Origin: Candidatus Aminicenantes bacterium
Lineage (GTDB): Bacteria > Acidobacteriota > Aminicenantia > Aminicenantales > JAFGAV01
DNA length: 64,000 nucleotides
Reading direction: 5' to 3'
NCBI GenBank assembly: GCA_963705895.1
Contig: OY970122.1
Span: forward strand, 1,634,774-1,698,773
Shown here: in pieces, positions 28,307-38,535 of the stretch
How the letters are laid out: every line of letters starts with the position of its first letter
How positions within the stretch are numbered: the first letter of the stretch is position 1
Program-made: the position numbers and the translations under genes
The notes under the pieces: model-generated
What the model was told of the DNA's origin: nothing
What the model saw: the letters and a program-made list of their open reading frames with translations, nothing else
Databases searched by the model: none

Positions 28307-29056
28307 TCAGCGGCCGAGTGCTTTGATGCTGGCCGCGATGCGCTCGCGGGCTTTCGTGATTGTCTTTAGCGGGACTTTCTCGCCGGTGTAATGCTCCCAA
28401 GCGCTTGCAATTCTACGATCATTCAGCTTGCCGTATCGCTTCTCCTTGTGGAGATCGTAAAAGCACAGGTCCCGCTCGAAGGTCCGCTTCTCGCGCCCGG
28501 TGAGGGCAAAGCCGAAGGTCTTTTTCTGTTCATACTTGAGCGCAAGCCAAATGTATTTTAGTTCCTGAAGCGCAGTCCAGGGAAAAATCTTCACGAAGAT
28601 TTCGCCGCCGGGATAGGGTTTGTTTTTGCGGTCAAACATAGTGCTTTGGAGATCATTGAGCACAGGATTCACACAGCGCAAGAAATCGCCGCTTTTGAGT
28701 TTGCCGGTTCCGATCCCCATAGCGTAGCCATAGGCTTTTAGCTGCGGACCTTGCCTCTTATTCTTCTTGGCTGTCTCTATTACCCTATCATCCCTGTTGA
28801 CGTAGATCCAGGGCAGAGATGAAGCGTGATCGGCGAGTGCTTCTAAATCCCCGTTCCATTGTTCCGCGATTCCCCATTGTCGGCAGAATTCGAGCCAGCG
28901 GTCATCCGTGCTAGCGAACCTTATAACCTGATTCAAGTGCCTCTTGAATTTAGGATTCCTTTTTAAAAGCTCGCCTCGTATCTCGCCCGACCTATATTTT
29001 CTTTTCCCTTCCTCGATCCGCTCTTTAATGTTTTTGAGAATGTCGTGCGTTAACAT
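28307..29056 (-). CDS. Hypothetical cargo protein (249 aa) in the att-proximal accessory slot
   Basis: Clean ORF with no recognisable domain. It lies between the HTH/rep module and the tRNA. Confidence 0.5.
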   Translation of the reverse strand: MLTHDILKNIKERIEEGKRKYRSGEIRGELLKRNPKFKRHLNQVIRFASTDDRWLEFCRQWGIAEQWNGDLEALADHASSLPWIYVNRDDRVIETAKKNKRQGPQLKAYGYAMGIGTGKLKSGDFLRCVNPVLNDLQSTMFDRKNKPYPGGEIFVKIFPWTALQELKYIWLALKYEQKKTFGFALTGREKRTFERDLCFYDLHKEKRYGKLNDRRIASAWEHYTGEKVPLKTITKARERIAASIKALGR

Positions 29057-29296
29057 ATCTGCCTCCCTTCGCAGTCCTAAAAGAAAGGCCGGGGCAAGCG
29101 GCTAGGGAGGACCGCCTTTCGCTGATCAAGCTAGCCCCGGATTTAATTTGACGCTCGCATGCCGGCGTTGTCAATGACGGGATTTTTGCCATAAATTGGA
29201 AATTGAGCGGAAAACAGGCGAAATTGATAGAGTGTTGATAGGCAGGGGTCGAGGTCGTTATTACTCGATACGACGTGGTTTTCTTAGCAAAGTGGT

Positions 29297-29372
<76 letters not shown>

Positions 29373-29505
29373 ACAGAGGTGGGGTTATATTACAAGAAGG
29401 CGCGATTTCCGTCAAGGAGACGGGAGAGATGGCCGCGTCGCCTCCTCCACCAAGGGGAAGCAGTGAGGACGCCGCCAAGGCCAGGCCCCTCGGGACGCAT
29501 TAAAA

Positions 29506-30156
29506 CTATCTAACGGCCTCGAGCGAAGCGACTTTCTGCTGAGCCTCGTAGCCAAAATATGTCTGGGCGTAGTCGACCTGGAGCTTCCTGTAAAGGGCCA
29601 GGGCCTCAGCCTTCTGGCCTTTCTTCTCGAGCGCCTCGGCCTGGTGATAGATCACGCCGTCGAGAGGATAATCCTTGGGGTTCTCCGCTACGATCCCTTT
29701 ATAGATCTCGATCGCCTTGTCATAGTTCTTGCGCCAGAAGTAAATCCGGGCCAGCAGGTCCTGGGCCTGAAAATAAGCGTTGTCCTTGGGGCTTTCCTTG
29801 ACCTTGGTCACGGAAGCCTCGGCCTTATCGAGGTCGCCCTGCTCGACCCAGTAAGTGCCGACGAGCACGTCGGCCAGACGGCCGGCGTTGCCCTTGTAGC
29901 CCTCTAGCTTTGACAGATTGCCCGGATTCTTGGGCAGGTCGGCGCGGAGCTGGAGGATTTCGGCGATGGCCCGACTTTCCTTCTGCCGGCTCTGGCCCCG
30001 CAGAACTTGAAGGCCAAGATAAACCAGGACCAGGGCGACGAGAACGATACCCAGCACGGCCAACTGACGGCCAAACGTCCGGCCAAAATTCACCAGCTTG
30101 TGGATTCCGAAAGCAAAATCGTCCTGTTTCAGACGGTGTCGTTCTTGCTGTTTCAT
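29506..30156 (-). CDS. Membrane-anchored TPR protein (YfgM-like)
   Basis: Short cytoplasmic N-terminus, one TM (LAVLGIVLVALVLVYLGL), then TPR-like repeats. Confidence 0.6.
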   Translation of the reverse strand: MKQQERHRLKQDDFAFGIHKLVNFGRTFGRQLAVLGIVLVALVLVYLGLQVLRGQSRQKESRAIAEILQLRADLPKNPGNLSKLEGYKGNAGRLADVLVGTYWVEQGDLDKAEASVTKVKESPKDNAYFQAQDLLARIYFWRKNYDKAIEIYKGIVAENPKDYPLDGVIYHQAEALEKKGQKAEALALYRKLQVDYAQTYFGYEAQQKVASLEAVR

Positions 30157-30624
30157 TCTTCTCTCCTGGCTTTTGGATATCCCTCAAAGCCCAAGGAATG
30201 TCAGCCCCCTTATTTACCACATAAACAGAAAAAATCCAAGACCGCCAGCGGACCGGATCGATGCCCGACCCGTGGAACACCACGGCCGAGGCGATGGGGC
30301 TCAGGATTTCCGCCCGCGATCCGCCTGAAACTCGATACCGGAGAGCCGGGGATTTGACATCGTCTGGCGCATGGCTTATAATTTCCGCCATGTTAGGCCT
30401 TGAACACATCGCGCTTCTCACAGTGAACCGCGCGTCGTTCTCCGCCTCTGCTCCCCTTTTCTGGTGGGCGGCTCCCCCCGCCCGATAAGCCTACCCGTCT
30501 ACCTGTATTTTCCCAAGGGTAACCCCTGAGGGATCGCCGTGCGCGTTCGGGCGCCTTCGATGACGGCCTCCTCCCGGCGACCCCGCGAATTCAGCGACTT
30601 TAAAACCAGAAAAGGAGAATTCCC

Positions 30625-31935
30625 ATGGATGCTTATGCACGATTCAGTTCGAGGGACCAGGACCTTCTGCCGGAGAATATCTATAACATCAAGGCGGACC
30701 TGCCCGTGCTGCCCCGGCCGCCTCTCCATCCCGGGACGAAACAGCCGCTCCGGCCCGAAGACCTGGAGCCTGTCTTCCCCAAGAGCTTCATCGCCCAGAA
30801 CGGTTTCTCAAACGCCCTCGTTCCCATCCCGGCCGAGGTCCGAAACGTCTATCGCCTCTATCGGCCCACACCGCTCATTTATGCCGCGGGCCTGAAGAAG
30901 GCGCTGGATACACCTGCCCACATTTTCTACAAGTACGAAGGCGTGGGCCCGGCCGGGAGTCATAAAAGCAACACGGCCCTGATGCAGGCCTATCTCGCGG
31001 CCAAGGACGGCGTCACGACGCTGTGCACGGAAACGGGCGCGGGTCAATGGGGCAGCGCCCTGGCCCATGCCGGAGCGCTGTTCGGCGTGGGCGTCCGCGT
31101 CTTCATGGTCAGGGTCAGCTACCGCCAGAAGCCCGGCCGACGCATCCTGATGGAGCTGTGCGGGGCCAAGGTCGAGGAGAGCCCGAGCCCTTCGACCGAA
31201 TCCGGACGCCGCTACCTGGCCGCCGACCCGGAGCATCCCGGCAGTCTCGGCATCGCCATCTCCGAGGCGATGGAAACTGCCGTCACCGGCAAGGGAACCA
31301 AGTATTCGCTCGGGTCGGTCCTGGACGCGGTGCTCATGCACCAGACGGTCATCGGCCTGGAGGCCGACAAGCAGATGCGGGCCGCCGGCGCCCGGCCGGA
31401 CACGGTCATCGGCTGTGTGGGCGGCGGTTCCAATTTCGGAGGAGTCGCCTTCCCCTTCGTCCGCCAGAATCTCAAGGACAAGGCCGCGATCCGCTTCATC
31501 GCCTGCGAGCCGGATTCCTGTCCCAGCCTGACCGCGGGCGAACTGCGCTATGACCACGGCGACTCGGCCGGCTTGACTCCCCTGCTCTTCATGCACACCC
31601 TGGGCAAGGACTTCATTCCCGCGCCCATTCATGCCGGAGGCCTGCGCTACCACGGCATGGCCCCGCTCGTCAGCCACCTGGTCAAGATGGGCATGGTCGA
31701 ACCGCGAGCCTTCAGTCAGGAGAGAGTCTTCGACGCCGGCCGGGTCTTCTTCCAGACCGAGGGCATCCTCCCCGCGCCCGAGTCCGCCCACGCCATCGCG
31801 GCGGTGATTGACGAGGCCCTCGAAGCCCGGAGACAGAAAAAAGAGCGGACGATCCTGTTTAACCTGTCAGGGCACGGCTTCCTGGATATCAACGCCTATG
31901 CCTTGAACGGAAGCGGAAAGGGGAAAAAAGCCTAA
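30625..31935 (+). CDS. TrpB2-type tryptophan synthase beta-like PLP enzyme
   Basis: 436 aa. PLP lysine context HKSNTAL plus GAGQWGSALA and GCVGGGSNFGG motifs. AGGAG RBS. Confidence 0.8.
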   Translation: MDAYARFSSRDQDLLPENIYNIKADLPVLPRPPLHPGTKQPLRPEDLEPVFPKSFIAQNGFSNALVPIPAEVRNVYRLYRPTPLIYAAGLKKALDTPAHIFYKYEGVGPAGSHKSNTALMQAYLAAKDGVTTLCTETGAGQWGSALAHAGALFGVGVRVFMVRVSYRQKPGRRILMELCGAKVEESPSPSTESGRRYLAADPEHPGSLGIAISEAMETAVTGKGTKYSLGSVLDAVLMHQTVIGLEADKQMRAAGARPDTVIGCVGGGSNFGGVAFPFVRQNLKDKAAIRFIACEPDSCPSLTAGELRYDHGDSAGLTPLLFMHTLGKDFIPAPIHAGGLRYHGMAPLVSHLVKMGMVEPRAFSQERVFDAGRVFFQTEGILPAPESAHAIAAVIDEALEARRQKKERTILFNLSGHGFLDINAYALNGSGKGKKA

Positions 31936-31938
31936 GGA

Positions 31939-32421
31939 TCAGGTGACGGGAAAGAGCTTCTTGACCAGCCCGGCCAGACGCTCGCCGTAGCGCTCGCACG
32001 ATTTGAGCGAGCGCTGGTCGGGCCGGCCTACGGCCGCCGGTCCGTAGTGGTCCCCGTGCTCGCTCCCCTGGACGATCATGCCGTGGATCATGAGCGCCTT
32101 GAGGATGTCGAGCACGGTGGTCTCGTTGCCCCCGGCGATGTTCCCGGACGAGGTGAAGGCCCCGCCCACCCGGCCGCGGAGCTTGCCGTGGAACTTGACG
32201 CTCTCGTCCAGGAGCTTCTTGACTTCCCAAGACATGGTCCCGTAATAGGTCGGCGAGCCGATGACGACGGCTTCGTATCCGAGCAGATCGGATGCGGCCA
32301 CCGTTTCAACCTTGCGCAGGTCGGTTTCGAGACCGTGCTTCTCCAGGGCCTCGGCGATCTTTTCGGCCATCCTTTTGGTGTTGCCGGTCCGGGAGTAATA
32401 GATCACGAGCGCTTTAGCCAT
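31939..32421 (-). CDS. Flavodoxin family protein
   Basis: MAKALVIYYSRTGNTKRMAE... FMN-binding flavodoxin fold. Strong AAGGAGG RBS. Confidence 0.75.
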   Translation of the reverse strand: MAKALVIYYSRTGNTKRMAEKIAEALEKHGLETDLRKVETVAASDLLGYEAVVIGSPTYYGTMSWEVKKLLDESVKFHGKLRGRVGGAFTSSGNIAGGNETTVLDILKALMIHGMIVQGSEHGDHYGPAAVGRPDQRSLKSCERYGERLAGLVKKLFPVT

Positions 32422-32605
32422 GGGTCGTCCTCCTTGAATTCACGCCCGGCTTGGCCAGCATTCGCCGTCGAGGAAGGCTAGGGGCGGGAATTCGTATCGG
32501 TTCATTCTTTTTATCATAGAACGCCGGTACGGAAAAGAAAATCCCCGGCCCCTTTCGTCTTGACAAGGCTCATCCGTTTCGAAGAAGATGGGCCGGGAGG
32601 ACAGG

Positions 32606-33082
32606 ATGACCCAAACCCACGGATTGCTCTATTTTATAGTTCCCGCCCCGATTCTCTACATTTCCTCGGTCGTGGTGGCCGGCACGATCCTGTGGCGGAT
32701 CCTCAAGGGGGAAAAATCGAGGAAGCCCTCTCTCCTCGCCGCCTGGCTGGGGGCTACTCTGGCGGCCCTTGTTCCCCAGGTCCTGGCGGCATTCGTGTTC
32801 ATGCTTCAGCCCGAGGATTACGGGTTCTACTATCCGAGCCTGGCGATCATTCCGGGCGCGGCGCTCGTCGTGATCTGCCTCAGACGCATCTTCGACACCC
32901 GAACGCGCAAGGCGGTCCTCATCTACGGCGTCTGTCTTTCCCTCCAGGCCCTGGCCGCCGTTCCCCTATTCATCGCCTACGGCCGCCGCTTCTTCATGCC
33001 GTCCTTCTATATCTACTGCTTGATGCTGATCGTCTCCCTGCCGATCTTCATGGCCTTCCGCAACTTTAAGATCCCCGATTAG
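32606..33082 (+). CDS. Hypothetical integral membrane protein
   Basis: Four predicted hydrophobic helices. No family recognised. Confidence 0.4.
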   Translation: MTQTHGLLYFIVPAPILYISSVVVAGTILWRILKGEKSRKPSLLAAWLGATLAALVPQVLAAFVFMLQPEDYGFYYPSLAIIPGAALVVICLRRIFDTRTRKAVLIYGVCLSLQALAAVPLFIAYGRRFFMPSFYIYCLMLIVSLPIFMAFRNFKIPD

Positions 33083-33111
33083 GACCGCGGGGAGCGCCTT
33101 CCCCGACCGGG

Positions 33112-33546
33112 CTATTTCATCAAGCTGCCGCTGTCGGCCACGGTCCAGGCGCCCTCGACATAGACATACAGGACGGTGCGCAGGACTTCCTGCTTCTTTT
33201 CGTTCTTGTATTTCAGGTCCACGAGCTTCCAGTCGCTAAGGCCTTTGAAGAACATCTCGAGAACGGCAGCGTTTGGGCCGGCAAAGCGAGATCCCTTGAA
33301 CCGGCGGAGGATGGACGCGTCGTGGCCGTAGTTCTTGATCGACACGGGCAGGAGCCCCCTCATCGCTGAGTCGTTCTTGATAAAGGTCTCGACGCTGTCG
33401 GCCGGCTGGTAGTTCGCGTCGACGGTCATCCAGGGGTAGCTCCCTGCGCCGCCCGTTCCCTTAGAGCTCTTGCAGGCAGTGGAGCCGGCTGACACGGCGA
33501 TGCTGAAAACAAGAAACAGAACACCGAGGCGAATGGTCTTGGTCAT
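33112..33546 (-). CDS. Secreted/lipoprotein hypothetical
   Basis: Signal peptide MTKTIRLGVLFLVFSIAVSAGSTAC. Confidence 0.45.
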   Translation of the reverse strand: MTKTIRLGVLFLVFSIAVSAGSTACKSSKGTGGAGSYPWMTVDANYQPADSVETFIKNDSAMRGLLPVSIKNYGHDASILRRFKGSRFAGPNAAVLEMFFKGLSDWKLVDLKYKNEKKQEVLRTVLYVYVEGAWTVADSGSLMK

Positions 33547-33644
33547 GAAGCTTTCTCCTTTCCTGTCCCGGCCAAGCGGAAATGATCGCGGCCCGGCGCC
33601 GGCATTGAGATTGTAGCCGGTTCATACCGGGGACACAATATCAT

Positions 33645-34985
33645 TCACTTTTCTTTACAGAGTTGCGGGTCATCCTCGTACATCGAGTTGACCAGCGAGC
33701 GCCGCACCCAGAATTTCCCACCCGGCGTCAGCTCGATCTCGGGCACGATCTCGATCGCGAGTTCAACGCGCTCGCCCAGCATCGGGCGGATCAGTCCCCT
33801 GAGCCGTTCGAGCTCTTCGTCTGACGGCAGGGCGGCGGCTTCGGCCTGCATGACGACGCGATCCACTCTCTCCTGGACCAGCTGGAACTGCAGGATCCAG
33901 GGCGCCTCGTCGATCAGCAGGAGGCAGATGGCCCAGGGATAGAACTCCCGGCCGCCGGGCAGACGAAAATAGTCCTGCTTCTTGGCCTCGATGAACTTGA
34001 ACGTGCGAAAGGGCTCTCCGCAAGGGCACTGGGTGGGCCCGACCGTGACAAGATCATCGAGCCGGTAGCGGATGAAGGGCATGGCCCGCAAGTGAAGGCT
34101 CGTCACAACGAGTTCGCCCTGTTCGCCCTCCGCCGCCGGCCGGCCATCCTTAAGGACCTCGATGATCACATTGTCGTCGCAAACATGATAGAGCCCGCTT
34201 TCACGGCATTCCCAGGCCAGGAGACCGACTTCCTGACATTCATAGGTGTCATAGATTCTGGTTTGGAATGCTTCCTGAATTTGCTTGCGCATCAGGGGAG
34301 TCAGCATATCCGCGCCGCCCACGACGATCCGGAGGGGGAGGGTTGTTCCGAGATCGGCCGTGATGATTCGGGCGAGCCGAGCCAGGGTGCTGTTGTAGCC
34401 GGCCAAAACATGAGGTCGCAGCGCGAGGAGGTCGGCAGCGTTCTTTTGAGGAGTGTCCGTTGTGTTGAGGATCGACTGGCGGAAAAGCCCCAAGGCCTGG
34501 ACCAGTCGCCAGGACAACGGGCGATAATCGAGGTTGCCGCTCCGTGTGCGAACGACATGATCCAGGCTCCGAAGGCCGTAAGAACGGATCGCTCTCATCC
34601 GGAGAAGATGGAAAAGAAAATCCTCGGCCGCGGAGCGTTTGAGGATCAGCGGGACACCCGTCGAGCCGGTCGTCTTGAAGGTCTTCAACCGGGAGCCGTC
34701 CGCATCCTCGTCGAGGTAGAAGGCGAGCACTTCCCTCTTGAGGTCCTTCTTCGAGGTCAGCGGAATCCGGGTGATATCGGCGACGCCGCGGATATCGCCG
34801 GGCTTTAATCCGGCCTGGGTCAAAAGCTGGCGATAGTAGGGGACGTGAAGAAAGGCATGCTCGATGATCTGCCGCAGTTTTTTATTTTGATAGCGGAGAA
34901 TATCGCCTTGGGAAAGGCTTACGCGCCGCATGATGCGCGAAAAATCCATGGCGCGGTTGAGATATTCCAACACGCTTGACACCAT
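33645..34985 (-). CDS. Phenylacetate-CoA ligase-like adenylate-forming enzyme (PaaK/CapK/F390 synthetase family)
   Basis: N-terminal region typical of the PaaK family (QNKKLRQIIEHAFLHVPYYRQLL...DIRGVADITRIPLTSKKDL). Start is uncertain (MVSSV at 34985 vs MDFSR at 34946). The upstream TTG start is not preferred. Confidence 0.6.
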   Translation of the reverse strand: MVSSVLEYLNRAMDFSRIMRRVSLSQGDILRYQNKKLRQIIEHAFLHVPYYRQLLTQAGLKPGDIRGVADITRIPLTSKKDLKREVLAFYLDEDADGSRLKTFKTTGSTGVPLILKRSAAEDFLFHLLRMRAIRSYGLRSLDHVVRTRSGNLDYRPLSWRLVQALGLFRQSILNTTDTPQKNAADLLALRPHVLAGYNSTLARLARIITADLGTTLPLRIVVGGADMLTPLMRKQIQEAFQTRIYDTYECQEVGLLAWECRESGLYHVCDDNVIIEVLKDGRPAAEGEQGELVVTSLHLRAMPFIRYRLDDLVTVGPTQCPCGEPFRTFKFIEAKKQDYFRLPGGREFYPWAICLLLIDEAPWILQFQLVQERVDRVVMQAEAAALPSDEELERLRGLIRPMLGERVELAIEIVPEIELTPGGKFWVRRSLVNSMYEDDPQLCKEK

Positions 34986-35136
34986 CCCTGGACGTGCCGA
35001 GGCCTTGATTATAGGCAAAACCGTTGCGGGCGGCAATGATTTTGAAACAGGCCCGGCAGGTATCAAGTGCAGGCCGGAAGGACGATAAACGACTTGGGCG
35101 GCCGAGGTTAATTCCTTAGATTGGCAAAGCCGGGAA

Positions 35137-35168
35137 GAACGCGGTGGTGGGCCTGGCCAGACTCGAAC
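35137..35168 (-). repeat. Partial 3' copy of tRNA-Arg(CCU) (T-arm plus acceptor, 32 nt, with CCA)
   Basis: gggcctggccagactcgaactggcgacctcc is identical to the 3' end of the tRNA at 63054-63128. Confidence 0.7.
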
Positions 35169-35337
35169 TGGCGACCTCCAGCTAAAACGAGATTAGTGAC
35201 TGTTCCTGTCCCAGAGCCGGAGCCGGATTTGATGACCGACCTCGAATGAGTGGCGCTCGCGGGCTAAGATCAGGCTCCATACCCAGAGGGCGATTCGTGC
35301 CTCATTTGGGGATATTTAAGAATTTTCTTTCGTCCTG

Positions 35338-36492
35338 TTATTTCAAGTTGTAGGAGAAGATAGCGCCTAAGTCTGAAGCACCTCCAAAAATCGTCATTCC
35401 ATACAATGTAGAGCCTTTTATTATTAGTGAACCCAATGGATAGGCTCCATCCGATGGATAGCCGGCAAACCAGTGAAGCAGCGCGAATCCCGTGCCGTTC
35501 GTATTGGTTTTGAATATCGTGCCATAACCGCTGGTGCCGCCCTGATACGTCATTCCGTACAACGTGGAGCCTTTGAGTATCAGTGAAGCCCATGGAAACG
35601 CTCCATCTATTGTGCCGCCGGCAAACGAATGAAGCAGCGCGAACCCGGTGCCTTTCGTATTGATCTTGAATATCGTGCCATCATCACTGGTGCCGCCATA
35701 AGCAGTCATTCCGTACAACGTGGAGCCTTTTAATATCACAGAGACATCTGGATAGGCTCCATCCGATGGATAGCCGGCAAATGAGTGAAGCAGCGCGAAC
35801 CCCGAGCCGTTCGTATTAATCTTGAATATCGTGCCTGCATCACTAGTGCCGCCGTTATGAGTCAATCCGTACAGCGTGGAGCCTTTTAATATCAGCGACC
35901 CATTTGGCGCCAGCCCATCCGATGGATAGCCGGCAAATGAGTGAAGCAGCGCGAACCCCGTGCCGTTCGTATTAATCTTGAATATCGTGCCTGCATCACT
36001 AGTGCCGCCGTTATGAGTCAATCCATACAACGTGGAGCCTTTGACTATCAGCGACCCACGTGGATATCCCCCATCCGATGGGCCGCCGGCAAACGAGTGA
36101 AGCAGCTCGAATTCCGTCCCGTTCGTATTGATTTTAAATATCGTGCCTTCGCCGTAAGCGCCGCCCTCATTCGTCATTCCATATAGCGTGGAGCCTTTGA
36201 GTATCAGTGAACCCCATGGATACGCTCCATCCGTTGTGCCGCCGGCAAAGAAGTGAAGGACAGCGAATCCCGTGCCGTTCGTATTAATCTTGAATATCGT
36301 GCCGTTGTTGCTGGCGCCGCCGAATTCGGTCATTCCATACAACTTGGAGCCTTTTAAGGTCAGTGAGCCTATTGGATCTTCTCCATCCGTTGTGTCGCCG
36401 GCAAACGAGTGAAGCAAGTTGAATTGTGCTTGAAGAGATGTAGCCAGGAAAAACATGAAAAGAAATACCCAACCAAATCGCTTTTTCGACAT
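35338..36492 (-). CDS. Secreted tandem-repeat protein, 7 x ~52-aa repeats (Gloeo_Verruco/'GloVer'-like beta-propeller), paralog A
   Basis: Signal peptide MSKKRFGWVFLFMFFLATSLQAQ, then 7 repeats of LLHSFAGGxSDGxxPxGSLILKGSTLYGMTxxGGTSDxGTIFKINTNGTGF. Confidence 0.8.
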   Translation of the reverse strand: MSKKRFGWVFLFMFFLATSLQAQFNLLHSFAGDTTDGEDPIGSLTLKGSKLYGMTEFGGASNNGTIFKINTNGTGFAVLHFFAGGTTDGAYPWGSLILKGSTLYGMTNEGGAYGEGTIFKINTNGTEFELLHSFAGGPSDGGYPRGSLIVKGSTLYGLTHNGGTSDAGTIFKINTNGTGFALLHSFAGYPSDGLAPNGSLILKGSTLYGLTHNGGTSDAGTIFKINTNGSGFALLHSFAGYPSDGAYPDVSVILKGSTLYGMTAYGGTSDDGTIFKINTKGTGFALLHSFAGGTIDGAFPWASLILKGSTLYGMTYQGGTSGYGTIFKTNTNGTGFALLHWFAGYPSDGAYPLGSLIIKGSTLYGMTIFGGASDLGAIFSYNLK

Positions 36493-36744
36493 TTTTTGTC
36501 CCTCCCTTATGCCCGAACCAGAGGATTTGCTGACCTATTGAAAATAATAATATAGCGGACCGCAAAATAATGTCAAGGCCGGTGGGATTGCAGATTTCAG
36601 AATTTGCAGACGTTTCCCGAACTCAAAATCAGCATGCGAATTCGCAACTTGTTTGTGAACCCGCGAACTCCATCTGCGGACTTCAGCCCCTAAAGTGAAT
36701 CCGTCACAATATGATCTTCTTATGGAATCCTATTGCGGAGGCCT

Positions 36745-37902
36745 TTATTTCAGGCTGTAGGCGAAGATAGCGCCTAAGTCTGAAGCACCTCCATGGATCG
36801 TCATTCCGTACAATGTGGAGCCCTTGAGAATCAGTGACTCATATGGATATTCCCCATCCGATGGGCCGCCGGTAAAGGAGTGAAGCAGCGCGTATCCCGT
36901 GCTGTTCGTATTGATCTTGAATATCGTGCCTAAGTCGCTGCTGCCGCCCCCAAAAGTTATTCCGTAAAACACGGAGCCCTTGAGAATCAGTGACCCCCTT
37001 GGCCCTTCCCCATCCAATGGGCCGCCAGCAAACGAATAAAGCAGCACGAACCCGCTGGCGTTCGTTTTTATCTTGAATAGCGTACCACCGCCGTAGGCGC
37101 CGCTTGAGTAAGTCATTCCGTACAACGCGGAGCCTTTTAATATCAGTGATCCATATGGGATTGCTCCATCCGTAACGCCGCCGGCAAACGAATGAAGCAA
37201 CACGAACCCGCTGCCGTTCGTATTGATCTTGAATATCGTGCCCCAGTTGCTGGTGCCGCCCCCAGAAGTCATTCCGTACAACACAGAGCCCTTGAGAATC
37301 AGTGACTCAAAATATGGATATTTCCCATCTGATGCGCCGCCGGCAAACGAATGAAGCACCGCGAACCCGCTGCCGTTCGTATTGATCTTGAATATCGTAC
37401 CGTTACCAAGAGTGCCGCCGAATTCGGTCATTCCATACAGCGCGGAGCCTTTTAATATCAGTGAGCCTTCTGGACTTGCTCCATCCGACGCGCCGCCGGC
37501 AAACGAATGAAGCAACACGAACCCGCTGCCGTTCGTATTGACCTTGAATATCGTACCACCGCCGTAGGCGCCGCCTGAGTAAGTCATTCCGTACAATGTG
37601 GAGCCCTTGAGAATAAGTGACCCATATGGCTCGCTCCCATCCGATGCGCCCCCGGCAAACGAATGAAGCAGCACGAACCCGGTGCCGTTCGTATTGACCT
37701 TGAATATCGTACCACCGCCGTAGGTGCCGCCATGATATGTCATTCCGTACATTGTGGAGCCCTTAAGAATCAGTGACCCGAACGGATATTGCCCATCCGC
37801 TGTGGCGCCGGCAAACGAGTGAAGCAAGTTGATTTGTGCCTGAAGAGATGCAGCCAGGAAAAACAGGAAAAGAAATACCCAGCCAAATTGCTTTTTCAAC
37901 AT
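36745..37902 (-). CDS. Secreted 7-repeat GloVer-like protein, paralog B
   Basis: Same architecture (MLKKQFGWVFLFLFFLAASLQAQ plus 7 repeats). Confidence 0.8.
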   Translation of the reverse strand: MLKKQFGWVFLFLFFLAASLQAQINLLHSFAGATADGQYPFGSLILKGSTMYGMTYHGGTYGGGTIFKVNTNGTGFVLLHSFAGGASDGSEPYGSLILKGSTLYGMTYSGGAYGGGTIFKVNTNGSGFVLLHSFAGGASDGASPEGSLILKGSALYGMTEFGGTLGNGTIFKINTNGSGFAVLHSFAGGASDGKYPYFESLILKGSVLYGMTSGGGTSNWGTIFKINTNGSGFVLLHSFAGGVTDGAIPYGSLILKGSALYGMTYSSGAYGGGTLFKIKTNASGFVLLYSFAGGPLDGEGPRGSLILKGSVFYGITFGGGSSDLGTIFKINTNSTGYALLHSFTGGPSDGEYPYESLILKGSTLYGMTIHGGASDLGAIFAYSLK

Positions 37903-38272
37903 TTTTTGTCCCTCCCTTATGCCCGAATTATGGGCTTTGCCATTAGTAATACAGCCGACCGCAAAACAATGTCAAGGCCGGGGGAAGGCCCGGGACGTGC
38001 CAGGTTCAGACTCCTCCCTCAGTTGAGCGGGCCGGGTTACCCTTGAAAAGTTGGCTTCATTTAAGAGGACCTTAGGCCTCCTGACCTTTTCTCATGGAAG
38101 GCGCCACGATAAGAGAATTGAATTTCCTACCATTCCGATAGACCGCTCAAAAAACGCTTTCCGCTTTCTTTCGGCTTTCATGCTGAAAACGACCTAAAAC
38201 GGCTTAATGCCATTTTGGAGGGGAAAGTCTCCAAGCTATTGATATCAGAAGGAATTAAAGGGAAAAGCGGAT

Positions 38273-38315
38273 TGGGCCTGGCCAGACTCGAACTGGCGAC
38301 CTCCGGATTAGGAAT
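38273..38315 (-). repeat. Partial 3' copy of tRNA-Arg(CCU) (from anticodon loop to 3' end, 43 nt)
   Basis: tgggcctggccagactcgaactggcgacctccggattaggaat is identical to the 3' portion of tRNA-Arg(CCU). Confidence 0.75.
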
Positions 38316-38535
38316 GCACTGCATCAATTCCCTGAAAATACGCTAACTATTTATTTATCATTGAGTTATTCTATTGGACCGTAAGCCTATTTTGGTTCAG
38401 GTGTCAACTTTTTGTCGTGTTGGATCCGGGATTTCTTGCGTTTTTCATTGGAAGCCAAACAGCCAAGAAACTCACATTATGCCTGGACCATTATTTAGGG
38501 ATGAAGTCCTGCTTGGGGCAAACGGTGGTGTCTGT

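Larger units (their letters stand above)
20878..29296. mobile_element. Integrated phage-satellite-like / mini-prophage element (8.4 kb) at tRNA-Ala
   Basis: Flanked by the intact tRNA-Ala and a 48-nt direct repeat of its 3' half. It encodes a tyrosine integrase, AlpA/Xis, TerS and TerL, an AAA_25 primase-helicase-like ATPase, an HTH regulator and a cargo gene. No capsid or tail genes were recognised. Confidence 0.65.
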
